64,000 bases of DNA, from positions 14,012,001-14,076,000 of the forward strand of contig CM052847.1 in NCBI GenBank assembly GCA_028534125.1, read 5' to 3'. The position numbers were made by a program, and so were the translations under genes. This DNA is from Lama glama. Lineage: Eukaryota. Below, piece after piece: positions 36,201 through 49,416 of the stretch. Every line of letters begins with the position of its first letter. The stretch's first letter is position 1. Below the pieces are notes generated by a model. The model made no database searches. It had not been told where the DNA came from and was given only the letters and a program-made list of their open reading frames with translations.

Positions 36201-37739
36201 GTTAAACAGTGCACTGAATGCAAATTACTAATGTGCCCTAAGTCTGCTTCAGAAAACCTGGTATATAAAAAAGGAAGAAAAGCCATGCAAAAAAAAAAAA
36301 AAAAAACCTGGTATAAAAACTGGCAATTGGTTTTGGAAGGAAGTACCTCCCTCACAACACTTCAGGTCTATCTTGCCCAGATAAGAAGAATGTAACTTAT
36401 GGGCACACATCCTTCTGGGGCCTAGTGCCACTATATGAACACGAGGTGTTGACACTGCAGGGCTGAGTGGAGGTGTCCACAATACACACGAACCCTGTAC
36501 TGCTCCTGCAACTTCTCTACACATCTAAAATTATTTCAAAAAGGAAGCTAAAACAAAAAAGAGTATGATTGCAAAAAAAACTAGTTACTTGGCTTTATAA
36601 TGCCCTGCTGAAATCAAGTCATGTCCTCAAAATGTGAAAACAGATGTTAGATCAGGATAAAAATATTTTATGAAACTATTAAGCTCATATTGCCATAATA
36701 AACTTCTGCTTTTACTTCCAAATATACAATATCATAGACAGGGTTTTTTTTCCTGCTCCCCAAGATTAATAATTTAAAGCAACCCCTTCCATGCAAGATG
36801 TCATGTCTATTACAACACCCTAGTAAAAGCCTCATGAAGTACAGTAATTATTTTACAAGATGGACTCAAAGACAAGTAGAAATAAACTGGATAATTACTG
36901 AGGTAAATCTAAGTTACTCTGAAGCAATATTATGTTTAGGTGCCTGAGTCAAAGAATACCCTTAGCAAATTTGAAATAACTTACGATGTTAAACATCTAG
37001 AAAGATATGCAAGTCTCCACCAAAGCAGTATTCAATCTCAAAGTAAGTCAAAGAAATTCAGTGTTTCCTAAGTAGACTGAATGCCATATTTAAACATTAG
37101 CAAAATTAAAATTATATTGCAGCTTGAAATTTCCCCTTTTGTTAACAGTTCACCTCTTATATTTCAAATGTCTACTTATGACCACAGAGAAGTTTTTTAA
37201 GAGCTCTATTTGTAGAGTGAAGCAAGACTCCCACATTCCTAGGCACTCAGCTCATTCTAACGGAGTGAGCTGTGGAGGAAAAAGTCAGATTATGTCTACT
37301 CAATTATTTGAGTATCAGATTTAAAAGTGGCTATGGTTTTGGTAGACTTCTTTTTCTCCCTAACGTTGGTAAAGGCAGAATAATAAAGTATAAAGAAGAA
37401 AAATTAAGTTTGAAAAATATACCTATCAAATTTTCACCTTTGGAACATATCATAGCAATACATCATCTAGAGGTAGATATGGAACTCCATGCTTCAGAAA
37501 TACAAGAAGAGGTTATAACAAGCGTTTCTTAAACTGCACAGTTAAGCTGTCAATAAATATTAAAGGCAAAAGATTCAAACAAGCTCGAAAACACAGTAGC
37601 TGCTTCTTCAAACTTTCCAACCCTGGCACATGATTTAAAAATACATTCTTCCAAAGTCTTGACAGATTCACTGAACTGAGTATTACTTTTTAAAAATTCC
37701 TACTTCATACATACTCTTACAAGAAAAAACTTTATTATT

Positions 37740-37945
37740 ACTCTATCTGCCATAAGCCAAGCTATCTCACATTGGATGAGGCACTAAAGCTCTCTGTCTT
37801 CAATATTCATCTATAAAAATGGAGATAGAAATAGTACCTACCCTCACAAGAATATTATAACAACTAACTATTAATTGTTAATAGTTAATAGAATTAATAT
37901 ATATAAGGGCTTAGAAGAATGCTTGGCACAGGTAAGCACTCAAAT
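37740..37945 (+). mobile_element. MIR SINE relic
   Basis: ttcatctataaaaatggagata..atagtacctacc.tcac; gcttggcacaggtaagcactcaa. Confidence 0.6.
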
Positions 37946-39773
37946 TTTAGATTGTTATTTTAAAAATGGTTTTCATAAGCTATGATGGTTTCCATCTTTN
38001 NNNNNNNNNNNNNNNNNNNNNNNNNNNNNNNNNNNNNNNNNNNNNNNNNNNNNNNNNNNNNNNNNNNNNNNNNNNNNNNNNNNNNNNNNNNNNNNNNNNN
38101 NNNNNNNNNNNNNNNNNNNNNNNNNNNNNNNNNNNNNNNNNNNNNNNNNNNNNNNNNNNNNNNNNNNNNNNNNNNNNNNNNNNNNNNNNNNNNNNNNNNN
38201 NNNNNNNNNNNNNNNNNNNNNNNNNNNNNNNNNNNNNNNNNNNNNNNNNNNNNNNNNNNNNNNNNNNNNNNNNNNNNNNNNNNNNNNNNNNNNNNNNNNN
38301 NNNNNNNNNNNNNNNNNNNNNNNNNNNNNNNNNNNNNNNNNNNNNNNNNNNNNNNNNNNNNNNNNNNNNNNNNNNNNNNNNNNNNNNNNNNNNNNNNNNN
38401 NNNNNNNNNNNNNNNNNNNNNNNNNNNNNNNNNNNNNNNNNNNNNNNNNNNNNNNNNNNNNNNNNNNNNNNNNNNNNNNNNNNNNNNNNNNNNNNNNNNT
38501 TTCCACCAACTTCATTAGGTAATGTAATTTACCAATTATATTCTGGTATTAACATGGCTGTATTTCAAAGATTAAAACTTATTTGTCTAAGAAAAATTAG
38601 ATAGTACAAATGTCTCATTAGGCAATGATATTTAAATCTATATATTCTATAATAACACACAGAAATATGGCAAATATAATGTAAGGATTCAAATATTTTA
38701 ATGACAATTAATATATTTCTTCAATTTGCAAACACAATTTGTTTGACTAGAAAATTTTCCAGGAAAAACTGGAGAACAATGGGAAGTTTCATACATTCTC
38801 TAACTCAATTCAAATTTTGTACTAGAAAACATATCCTGACAACAGACCCATTTCTGTGTCAGCTACCACCAGTCAGGCTTTAATACGCAGCGTGTGATGA
38901 GAGATGAAACCAAGTGTGAACAACTTTCGGGTCCCATGAGTAGGCTGACTGTTAAAGCTGTCAGGTTCAATTGCATCATTCCACTTAATTCAATGCCCCA
39001 AACTGCTCCCTAATTGTTAGGAGCTTAACGTATTCAAAACCATTGTTTAGGCTAATACTGAAATGCCCCACAATTGAGTTTCTATAAAGTAGTGGGAGGG
39101 ATTAAATTGTAGTTAAACCATCAATGAACACTCATGATTGGACAACAGGACTGTACAGAATAACAACCAATTTCTAAGCAGGTTTCTTAATTGGTTAATA
39201 TCTAATCAATACATCACCTATCTTTTGGGGGGAAAAGGAAGTCCCCAGGATTAAAATGGCTACTGGAAACTCAAGAACAGAAAAGACGGTAGTGAACAGC
39301 TGAACTTGAAATGGCTAAAATTCATCTATCCAAGGAATCATGAGTTTTAACAGAAAATTTTAATTCTATTTGTTGTAAAGGAAGTGCTTCTGTACAATAT
39401 TCTCACTGGCAATCCTAGCAAACCAGAGAGCAGGTGCAGGAGTCAGACTGCCTTGCTTCCAGACATAGTTCTACCACTCACTGGACACGTAACCCAACAC
39501 AGTTACAAAACCTCTTCATCATCCAATAGTAAGTGATGTTACAAAGTACTTTTAAAAGCTTATTCTGCTCAGAATGTTAACTTCCTTGAAGTTACAAGTC
39601 ATTCTGTAATTATTTAAAACAGGTGAAACTTTCCTTCTGACCAATCAAGTCAGAGCTCCTCCAAAGACAGGTGAATTTGCCTGGGAAACAACCATTTTCT
39701 CAAAAAGGATCAAAGTGTCCTATCAGATATCATCTGAAAGGAAGTCAAGGATTATATCTAAGACAACTCCCCC

Positions 39774-39776
<3 letters not shown>

Positions 39777-39803
<27 letters not shown>
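39777..39803 (+). repeat. (CA)n microsatellite
   Basis: About 13 perfect AC units read directly. Confidence 0.9.
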
Positions 39804-39804
<1 letters not shown>

Positions 39805-42738
39805 CACACCACACATACCCAAAGGTATAATACTGGGAAACAAAATACGCAAAGCTGATTGAAGTAAAAGTCTCACATAAATCTGCAAAACATCACTCAC
39901 TAAATTATACCTTTAAAATACTTAAATATTTATATTTACTAAATATCATATAAACAAATCCCAGAAGTTCTTTATTTTTAAATCTATAATCATCTTTATA
40001 ACAATAACATACAGTAAACAAGGAACCATGATTATCTACGTGAAAGCTGTATCCAAAAGCAAAACTCAGAATGTTAGACATATTAGAATACACTTTTTTC
40101 ATTACATTCTGATTCTTAAATTCTATTAATACAATCAGCCTTCAACAAAAGCACCTGAATTCTCCCAGAGACAAAACAGAATGAATGCAGAACTGGGAAG
40201 CAGCAGAATTTGAAAGACAAAATGAAACATTTATGGCACACCTACAGAAAGTAACTCATACATCTACTCGTGACACAAGGACAGAGCGTATCACACAGAC
40301 AGTAGTTCTGGCTTCCAACAATCTTAAGAGAACTATAATTGTAACTATATTGCTGATTATCTGTGAAGGAATAGTTACGCTAAAAACAAGTATATACAAA
40401 TAAAACAAACGGATTTAACATCAATCAATATAAAATTGAGTTATCAAACAGTTTTTAAAGGTTTTTTTTTGAAATTAGGGTTGCTAATCATCAGACATTC
40501 CCCCTCACATTTTCACAAGTGTCTCCTTTCTCCCCCAGTAAAGGCACAAATCTGTTCTCAGTTTTTAACTTCTATTAGCTCCTCCTGACCTGACTTCCCT
40601 GACCACTTCCTGGGAACAATTCTTAAGACAGCAAATAAACTAAACAAGAGGCCTGTCTATCTTACTTAAAACCAAGGCCAGAAAGATCAAGAATGACCTC
40701 TGGATTTTTATCCTGCTGACACCATGCCCATCACTTAAAATTAATACTTTAACTAAGCTTTTAAGGGGAAAGGAGGGAAGGCAAAAACAATGTTCAAATT
40801 TAACACTCCTAGTCTCTGATTTGTATTTTTTAAGACAGTTGCTTGCTGGTGTGATGGTTTTCTTACTAATTATAATAAGGTTTCTATAATTACATTTTAA
40901 ATATTCACCATTTAATTTACACACTTATAGCACTACTCTGTTCATTTTCCAATCAACTACCTATAAGGAAACTCTAAAAGGACAGGATGTGACCATCTAA
41001 ACACACTGAATCGTATGATTTGAAAACAAACAAGGCCCGTATGAAAGTTAAACAGAAATAAACTTCTGTCATTTTGAAAAGAAGATTAAATTACCAAGTG
41101 CATCACAATTTTAGGAGTTCTTAGCTACATTCAATTTATTCTATATATTTTCGTATCCTTTCCCTTGCACACTTCGCACACTCAATGCCAATACTACTGG
41201 CTCAGGCAGCAAAACTGAAGTAGTCCCTCACTCAGTTCAGCTGAGAGGCCAACCTGCCTCAGCCGCCTGGAGACCTGGTGGCTGCCCCAGCAGCACCGGA
41301 TGAGCCAGGCCAACTAAGGTGCGGCCGAAGGCAGGGCACGGCCACTGGGGGACAGAGACGCAGGTGTGCGGCTGTCTCAGAAGGCAGCACGTGAGTCTCA
41401 CTGGATGACCAGGTTTTAAGAGACCCATCTCACTGAAACATGGAAAGAGGCAAGACTGTAATTGGACTGAATCCTGGATTACCTGCAACTATGATTTCTT
41501 TGTTCTTCAGTCGATCATTTGTTAAGTGGAATTTTCCCTCTAGCTATAAATTTCTCTTCACTACCACTTCCCCCATCCACCTCCCCAATGCCAACCCCCA
41601 AAACCACAAACATAATGCATGGGAAGAAATGAGATTTTTGCTTAATTCAGCCTGGAATTAACCAGAGAGTAATTAAAACAGACTTTTATAAAGAAAGGGA
41701 AGAAAAATGCACATTGAAAATGTTCATGTGAGACTCCGTCCAAGGATATAAAGCTCTCAACAGCATATGGTTACACTTAATTAAAAGAGAGAAAACTATT
41801 TCTAAGAGCCATTCGCTCATTTATCCTTTCACCGTTTCTACCCCCAAGCCCCTGTTACGTCTACCGGACCAAGGCTGGTGAAATAAGCCAAAGAAAACTC
41901 TCCCAAACTAGTCAGCTCCCTCTTATTCAGGTTGAGAAGTTCACCAAATTGTTAGCTCTCATTTCCAGACACCACCACTAATCATGCCACTGATCTGTTG
42001 TTTATCTAATTCTTGACCAAATTATAATGGTTATTGTTTGCACTGCACCATTACATACTTTAAAAATAACTTCATGTTGTGCTTTGATGTAGAGCTTACA
42101 GAAGATGCTGGATAAGTATACATACATTCTAAAGACCTGTATAATGGAAATTATGAACACATACATAAAGCTTAAGTTTACAGCAACTGACAAACAACTA
42201 CTTAACTAGTTGTTTATAATTAGACATTTGTCATTGTTCTGATCTTTAAATAAAAACTATATATATTTCAGGAATTTTAAGTTACTACCTTCGGGGAAAT
42301 GTGGGGGTTTGGGATGGGGGGTTGAGGTGGAGAGTAGGGTGTGTGTGTATGTGTGTGTTGTGTACAGCTTTGCTCATTTACTGTCTTATTTACATAATTC
42401 AAGATTATAATTTCTCTGGTTTGACTGGCTCTGTAGATTGGGTCACCTATCAAGTTCCAGATCTAAAGGGGGAAGGAAAGGGATAAACAAGTGCAAACCC
42501 ACCAGCATAGTCACTATCATTTCCAATATTTACGAACATATCTTCTTTCCCAGTAGGAGGAAAGCCATACAGTACTTAAAGGAATTACTCACTCTTTATC
42601 CTATATTCTCCTTCACTCATTTTTAATTGAGATATTTTTATAAATTCCTATAGGAATCCCTATTTCATTTCTCTCCCTTCCAATCGAACTTACTTTTAAA
42701 AATGACAAATGTTACTTTGTAACACTGTAGTAATTTAC

Positions 42739-42917
42739 CTGAGTTGCAGCAACAGCAGAGGGTGCAGATGACGTGGCTGACGGGGAGAGAGCTCCCACTT
42801 GTTGTAAATGCCCAGAAGGTTGCTGAGGTAAATGAGAACTGGAGACAGGAGTACTGGAGCCTGAGCCAGATACTACATTTGGAAACGAGACTGCTACATC
42901 ATTGCTGTTATAAATAC
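42739..42917 (-). CDS. MLLT10: MLLT10 exon (179 nt; (G)IYNSNDVAVSFPNVVSGSGSSTPVSSSHLPQQPSGHLQQVGALSPSATSSAPSAVAATQ)
   Basis: T-tract plus catAG acceptor (plus-strand ct at 42918-42919) and GTaaat donor. Open frame matching the AF10 Ser-rich region. Confidence 0.95.
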
Positions 42918-43907
42918 CTATGAGAAAAAAAAAAAAAGATGTTATTTAAATAGTTTATAACTTCGCAGTGGAATCTGTCATAGACAATATTAATCAGTAA
43001 GTCAGAATACCCACATTTCCTCCTGAACACTTCCCATGATAAATTTTATTGGTGGCCCAAAAAAAAATCATTAACTAAATGAATAAACATAAATTTTTCC
43101 TAAAGTGCTTGTCTTAAAGAACCTGTTATTTTTTATACATCAAAGATAGTTTGTTAAGAGACAGAGATCACATCAAGAAATGCTTTATAAAAATAATAAT
43201 AAGGGTTTTAGGAATTGCTAAGAGGAATAAAATGTTTCTTAAATAGGAGAATGAAGCAAAAATCACTTGGTGGGCCTTTGAAAAATGCGGATATACTAGT
43301 GCTCCAGGACTCATGATTGAGAAGGTCTCAAATGAGGAGAGACTTTGTTTTAGAAAGGTCATCCAGGTTACAGTACAGGGGAAACAACTGGAGGGGGGGG
43401 ACAGGACTAGACTTGATATTCTGCGACCAATAAAGAGCCCGATGTGAGACACAGCAGTGGGACGAGACAAAACAGGTGGATTCTAGATTATTCAGGAGGC
43501 AGAATATACAGGACTTTATGATGGACTGAATAGGGTATCTAACCAGGGGTCAGTGTGGTTGGGGTCACAGGATTAAGAGATGATGATGACCTGGAATTCT
43601 AGGTGATGGCAGCATTCACTTCAAAGAAAACAGGAAATAAGGATGGAGACTTGAAAGAATATTCAATGGCACTACCGGGGGTAAAAGCCAGAAAAAAAGA
43701 GAGTGGAAAGCAACTCATTCTAGAAAACTGGACACGAAGAGAACAGAGAGAGAAAATGAGCCAAAGTTAAAAGGAAATAAGGAGTTACTTTAAAAGGTGT
43801 GCTGTGGGATGTATTTTTTTAAGATGGGAGATCATGCTCATATGCTGACAACAAAGAGTCTACAGAGACAGAGAAGCTTGTTGAGGATAAAAGAAGTATC
43901 TGTTATT

Positions 43908-44119
43908 CAGTGGGGTCCTCAAACAGGGTTGATTTTGCTTCATAGAGACATGACAATGCCTGGAGACATCTCTGGTTGTCAAAACTCAGGGGTGCTACTG
44001 GCACCCAGTAGGGAGAGGCCAGCGATACTGCTAAACATCTTAAAATGCACAAGACCGCTCCTCACAACTAAGAATTATGTAGTCCACAGAGTCAACAGCA
44101 TGGAAGCTGAGAGATCTTG
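43908..44119 (+). mobile_element. MER20 (hAT-Charlie DNA transposon relic)
   Basis: cagtgg..ctcaa..., gcctggagacatctctggttgtca, gtgctactggca..tag.gagaggccag.gatactgctaaacatc, all characteristic of MER20. Confidence 0.8.
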
Positions 44120-45699
44120 TAATAAACCTGGGCTCTTGTGTGGGTGGGAGGGAATAAGATCCTAAGAATCTGACATTGTAAACAAGAGGAAAGCAGGAAG
44201 AAAAGAACCTAAGTGGGCTATAGTCTCACTCACTCAAAAAAATTTCTTGAGAAAATACAGCCCTTGAAGGTGACAATAATTAGTTATTTATATCAACAGT
44301 ACAACTTACTTAGTTCTAAAGAACATAAATATTACTGATTCATAATAAAGAAAAGCACCTATAATCTTCAAAAAAGGGGAATAAAAGAATTGGGTCATTT
44401 TTAAAGGCCTTACAACTATAATTGAGGCTCCTAAGATTCTTTTTATATCTACAATTCCTCCAGAAAAAAGATAATTTATTCACTCAACAAATTCATTCAT
44501 TCTACAAACATCTGAGAGCTCAGTGTTTGCCAGACATTATTCTAAGCCCTGGAGATACAAAGCCATTCAAGATATGTGGTCTCCGTCTTCAAGAAGCTTA
44601 GTGGAAAAAAGAGACAATTACAAAAGACTGTGAAGAGTCTATGATAGAGACACCCTCAGGAGGCTGTGAGTGCATAAAGAGAGGTATCTAACCCAGACTG
44701 CGAGAGAGGGTGGGGTCAAAAAGCGTAGTGGGAGAGATGGGTGCCTTTAAAGCTCATTTCTAAAGGAGCTGCAAGACAGAGGTGAAGGACAGTCTGAGGA
44801 AGAAATATGCAACAGAGAGCCTGGTAGATTCTAAGAACTTTTAAGTACCATCTGTGTAGCTTATGCAAGAAATGAATAAATAAAAAAATTAGTAGGAGTC
44901 AAATCAAGAAGAGCATTAAAAGTTTAAATGTTAGAAGTTAAAAATTTGGAGACAATAGGAAGCCACTGAAGGATGAGTGTAAACAAAAGTCTGGTGACAT
45001 CAGATTGCTGTGCATGGGAAACATAAATCACTGGCACAAGGCTGAGAACAACTGGGGAGGGGATTTAAACAGAGACAGAGAAAACTGTTATGGATTGCTA
45101 CAATAATACTGATGAATAAAAATAATAATGTATTTTGACGAATAAAAATAATAATGTATTTTTTTAAACCTCTAAGGTAACAGCAGTAAAGAGACAACGT
45201 TCACAGGACTGGTAACTAACGATACCCGAAGAATTAAAAAAGACGTCAAGAGTCAAGAATGACTCTTAAGCACCACTAAGTGGGCATGAGAGTGGTGATG
45301 CCACTCACCAGAGCAGGGACAGCACCTGAGAGAATCCAGTATTCGGTTACTATGGGTAGGTCCCTGTGCTAGCACAACAGAATGCGGTGAATATTACTCC
45401 CATTTTACATGTAAGCAAACAGAAGTTTAAAGAAATAAAGTAACTTGCTTAGTGACCTAGTAGGTGGTGGAACCAAGATTCAAACTCATAGCCATCTGAC
45501 TTTATAACTGAAACCACTTCCTAATCACATGTTTGAGGTTCAGGTTGATCGTCATGATCTTGGAGACGCCTGCAGGATACAGAACTCCTACTAGACCTTC
45601 TAGAACAGGATGGGATGAGCCTGAAGCTCAGCAGAAAAATCAGGCCCAGAGGTGCAAATCCAGGAGTCAGAAGCATGACAAAGTTAGAATACATAAATC

Positions 45700-45985
45700 T
45701 GAAAACTCAAAAAGTCTTTTCTGTTGACCTAGTTAACTAATTCATGTATTTAGAAACATGGAAATTTCACATTAAAAAAAATCTAGATTTCTATTTCTCC
45801 TGAAAAACCTGAAGTTCTGTCAACACTAGATACTATATTCTGAAATAGCAACAATCCACTAGGGCTTTGGACAGGGCATACACTCTGCAATCCAGCAGAG
45901 TCCCCCCTATTTCTTATTCTTCACCTTTTCCTCATTCCTGTATGCTACCTACCTGGCCCCGTAAATATTAGATTTACAACCTATG
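45700..45985 (+). mobile_element. MER102-like hAT relic
   Basis: aaatctagatttct..ttctcctgaaaaacctgaag..ctg.caacact... and end cctggccccgta..att.agattt.caacc. Confidence 0.6.
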
Positions 45986-48900
45986 ATATGGAAGCTGGTC
46001 AAAGCCAAGGAATGGAAAGATGAGGTCATCCAGGGAAGTTCAGCCTGATCAAGAGAAGAGGACTAAGGACAGAGCCTAAAGAACATTACCATTTGAACCA
46101 CAGACAAAGAAAGACTGACCACAAAGAGCAAAATAAGGAAAGTAACAGAGACAATCTTGGAAACCACTTGAGAGAATTTCAAAGGAAAAGGTCAAATGAG
46201 TCTATGAACATGAAGAGTTCCAGGCCTCTTTTCACAGGCAAATAATCCTCCTTAGATTGTTCTGTATCTGCTTTTTTTTTCTATTTCAATCTTTTCAATA
46301 GTTATATGCTATTTTAATCCAAATCAAGGTGACATTCATCGATTAAATAGAAACTGAATCCTGCAATGCACAAGTTCCAGCAAAACACCATGAAATTCAC
46401 CTCTTCAGGACAGACAGAAACAATGATGCAGGATGATACAGAGGGTGGCAGGCAGTGTGACATACCATCCATCCATTCATCCTTCCAAGAAATATTTATT
46501 TCATATCTACTAAAAGACAGGTACTGTGCTAGGAACAGGGAATATAGCAGGAACAAGACAGATAAGCTCTCTGCTCGCCAGTAACTTACAATGTAATTAG
46601 TGAGGCGAACATTAAAACAAACACATGACTATAAATTGTGGCAAGTGCTATGATAGAAGAGAAAAGGGTGCCGTGAGACTGAAAAATCAGGAAGCAGAAA
46701 AGACCTGTCTGAAGAAATGATAGGCCAAGATCTAAAAACTGGGTAACTAGTTGTCAACTGAGCAATGAGTGAAACAGAAAAGCCTGTTCAAAGACGAGGA
46801 AAAAGAAGACAGGCAATACGGCTAAAGCACAGCAGATAGAGTGGCAGAAGACAAGGCTGGAGGGAGGGGAAGTAGATCTCACAGGACTTGCAAAACACGT
46901 AGCAGTGTTTAGATAGGAAGACAACAAAGGCAAATAGCAAGAACTGTCTTTTTAGAAGATCATCCCTCCCACTGCTATGTAGCGAATGAATTGAAAAGGG
47001 GAAGCAGAAACAGAGAGATTACTCTGGAGGTTATCCTATAATCTAGACAGAGGATTATGATCCTCTGGACTAAGGAGGAAGTGTCACTGACCACAGAGAC
47101 AGATGGACCTGAAATTCATCGAGAAGTCAGAATCACCTAAACTTGATGAGATGCTTTGTGGACAGAGTAAACAAAAGTATTATTTATAAATCCAAGGTTT
47201 CTGGCCAGTGATTAGAAGTCAGTGACACATGGAATAGTAAGAGTGCGCTTTTGTTTGTAAAATTAAAAACAAAAACAAAAACAAAAAACCAGCCTAGGAC
47301 TAAGTCCTGAAGCTCCAATATTTCAAGGGTGGCTAACGGAAGAGGAATTTGTAAAGAAAACTGAGATCAGGGACATAAGAAGAAAACCCTGAGTGCAGTT
47401 TCACTGAAGCCAAGAAGAGAGAGTCTGAAGATTAAAAAGGGGACACACAAACTATATCAAATGATGCTGAAAGGCTGGTTAAGACACAGAATGAAAATGC
47501 CCACTGCATCTGGAAACACAGAGACAGATGGTGATCTCAGGAAGAACAGTATAGTGTGGGCAGAGCCAAGAAATCATTGTTTAGATCTAAGCTTTTATTA
47601 GTTTGCCCTTTGGAATTGTATGAAATTGACATATAGACAGAAGCATACCTGTCCAGTGACAGAAATGTTAGTGTTCACCAATCAGAGGTCCTGCTTGCCA
47701 GACAAACTGTGAGGTCAAATCAGCATCACATCAAGTTGCTTGTTCAGAGTAAATGAACGGAATAGTCGTGAATATTTAACCAAGTAAATGACTAAGTATG
47801 ATAAGTTATCCCTAACTCACATGTCAGGAGACTTCACATTCTTTTCTGGAGGTTAATATGGTATGAAAGCAGTTAAAAGTCTAAATCTTGCTCCCGCATA
47901 CAAATAACCTCTCTGAATCTAATACACGTCATTATAAAGTGAAGATGGTACCAATGATTTCACAGGGCTGGTGCAAGGACTAACTAATAGATGAAAAGCA
48001 TACACTAATTTGTTAGTCTACTGTCTACCATACAGTAATCATTTGATAAATAGTAGCCATAGTATAAAATATAAAGGAGGAATGATATCTATTGTTAAAA
48101 GAAGAAGTAGGATAATATATACAATAATAGAAAGCTTCTGTTGTTCATGTTGCCTCAATGTTCCTAACCTTTGGGGACTAATGAATAAACACTCAGGATA
48201 TTCTTTATCTTGGCTTTCTCTTTCTAGACTGTAGAACATATGTCTCTATATGATTAACACATTCACTACTCAGAGAAGGTAAAAAACTTAGAAAAAAAAG
48301 TATGTCTTTCTTCTCTGAGACTCTTGGTCATTGATGGAACACAGGTGTTCTTAAATCTCTTCAGGCACATTAACTACTGCTTAGGTTGCTCTAGTTTTAC
48401 AAACAGATGAATAATTTTGCTCATTATGTATTGCTTCTTTTGATCTTACCTATAAAAACACAGACTCAAACAACACATACTCATTATTAAAAATTTTGAA
48501 TAGATGCAAAAGAAGGGGAAAAGAACAGCCACAACTATTGTTGATATTTTTATATATTTTCAAACTTTCCAGTGCATAGTTTATGGTTTTGCTCTATATA
48601 GCTGCCTATATACATAATATAGAACTTTTAATCCTTTAACACTTACCATACGTATTATCTGATTTCATTGCAAATATTTTTAGTATCATTTTGATGGAAA
48701 CAATTGAATATGCAGAGTTGACCTGATTTTACAATATTCTACAAATATTTATGTGCCTAATATGCCCAGACATAATACTAGCCGCTGAAGATATACTACA
48801 CTCATGGAGCTTAAAGTGAAAGAGCCACACATCAATCACAAATGTTAGTGCTATGATGAAAAAGTAGAACATGCTGTAACAGAATATTTGGGGTAACCTA

Positions 48901-49002
48901 AGGTTAGGAGTACCAAAAAAAGAAAAAAAAAAAAAAGATAAGCAGTACCCGGCAGGCCTCTGTGAAGCAGTGACACATAAACTGAAAGGAAGTCCTTAGG
49001 GA

Positions 49003-49416
49003 CTGTTTCCATTTTTTACCTGCCTAGAATTGTTTCCCATTTCTTTTCCAAATAATACCCTATTTTCCATTAGGTAAGTACCCCACCTCCAATTTCATGC
49101 ACGTTGGCCCAGGGATGAACATGTGACTCAACCGGAGGCGAACCATCTCTCCTGGGAACTAACACCTTGAATGCCTACTCACAAGGGAAGAGAATGGTCA
49201 AACCTAAGTCAGTTAAATAGTAGTAATATTAGGAGCATGTTAGTTCCTCTTCATTTGGTCTTTGAAACTAACTTTATTTCTCACCTCTCAGAGGTTTAGG
49301 GTGAGGCTTTTCTATTAAATCTCTAAAATAACTGTCTATATCCCATAGAGTAATTTTTTGCCTGAATTTGACAATCTACTTCTGTGACTTACGTACCATG
49401 GACCCTAACCAATACT
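49003..49416. mobile_element. ERVL-type solo LTR relic (LTR16/LTR33-like)
   Basis: tgtttcc...; gaacatgtgactcaa; end ttctgtgacttac.tacca.ggaccctaaccaatac. Confidence 0.45.

Larger units (their letters stand above)
43200..47560 (-). mobile_element. Cluster of degraded L2 elements, with MIR, MER20 and MER102 inserts
   Basis: Repeated L2 tails on + (attcactcaacaaattcattcattc at ~44480; catccattcatccttccaagaaatatttatt at ~46470) and purine-rich L2 body motifs. Boundaries approximate. Confidence 0.6.

Noticed and set aside
15663-38604. ORFs containing long X runs
   Set aside because: Artefacts of N-runs, which contain no stop codons.
38894-38948. GTGATGA...CTGA resembling a box C/D snoRNA
   Set aside because: Antisense to the host gene, only ~55 nt, negligible terminal stem and no recognisable rRNA guide.
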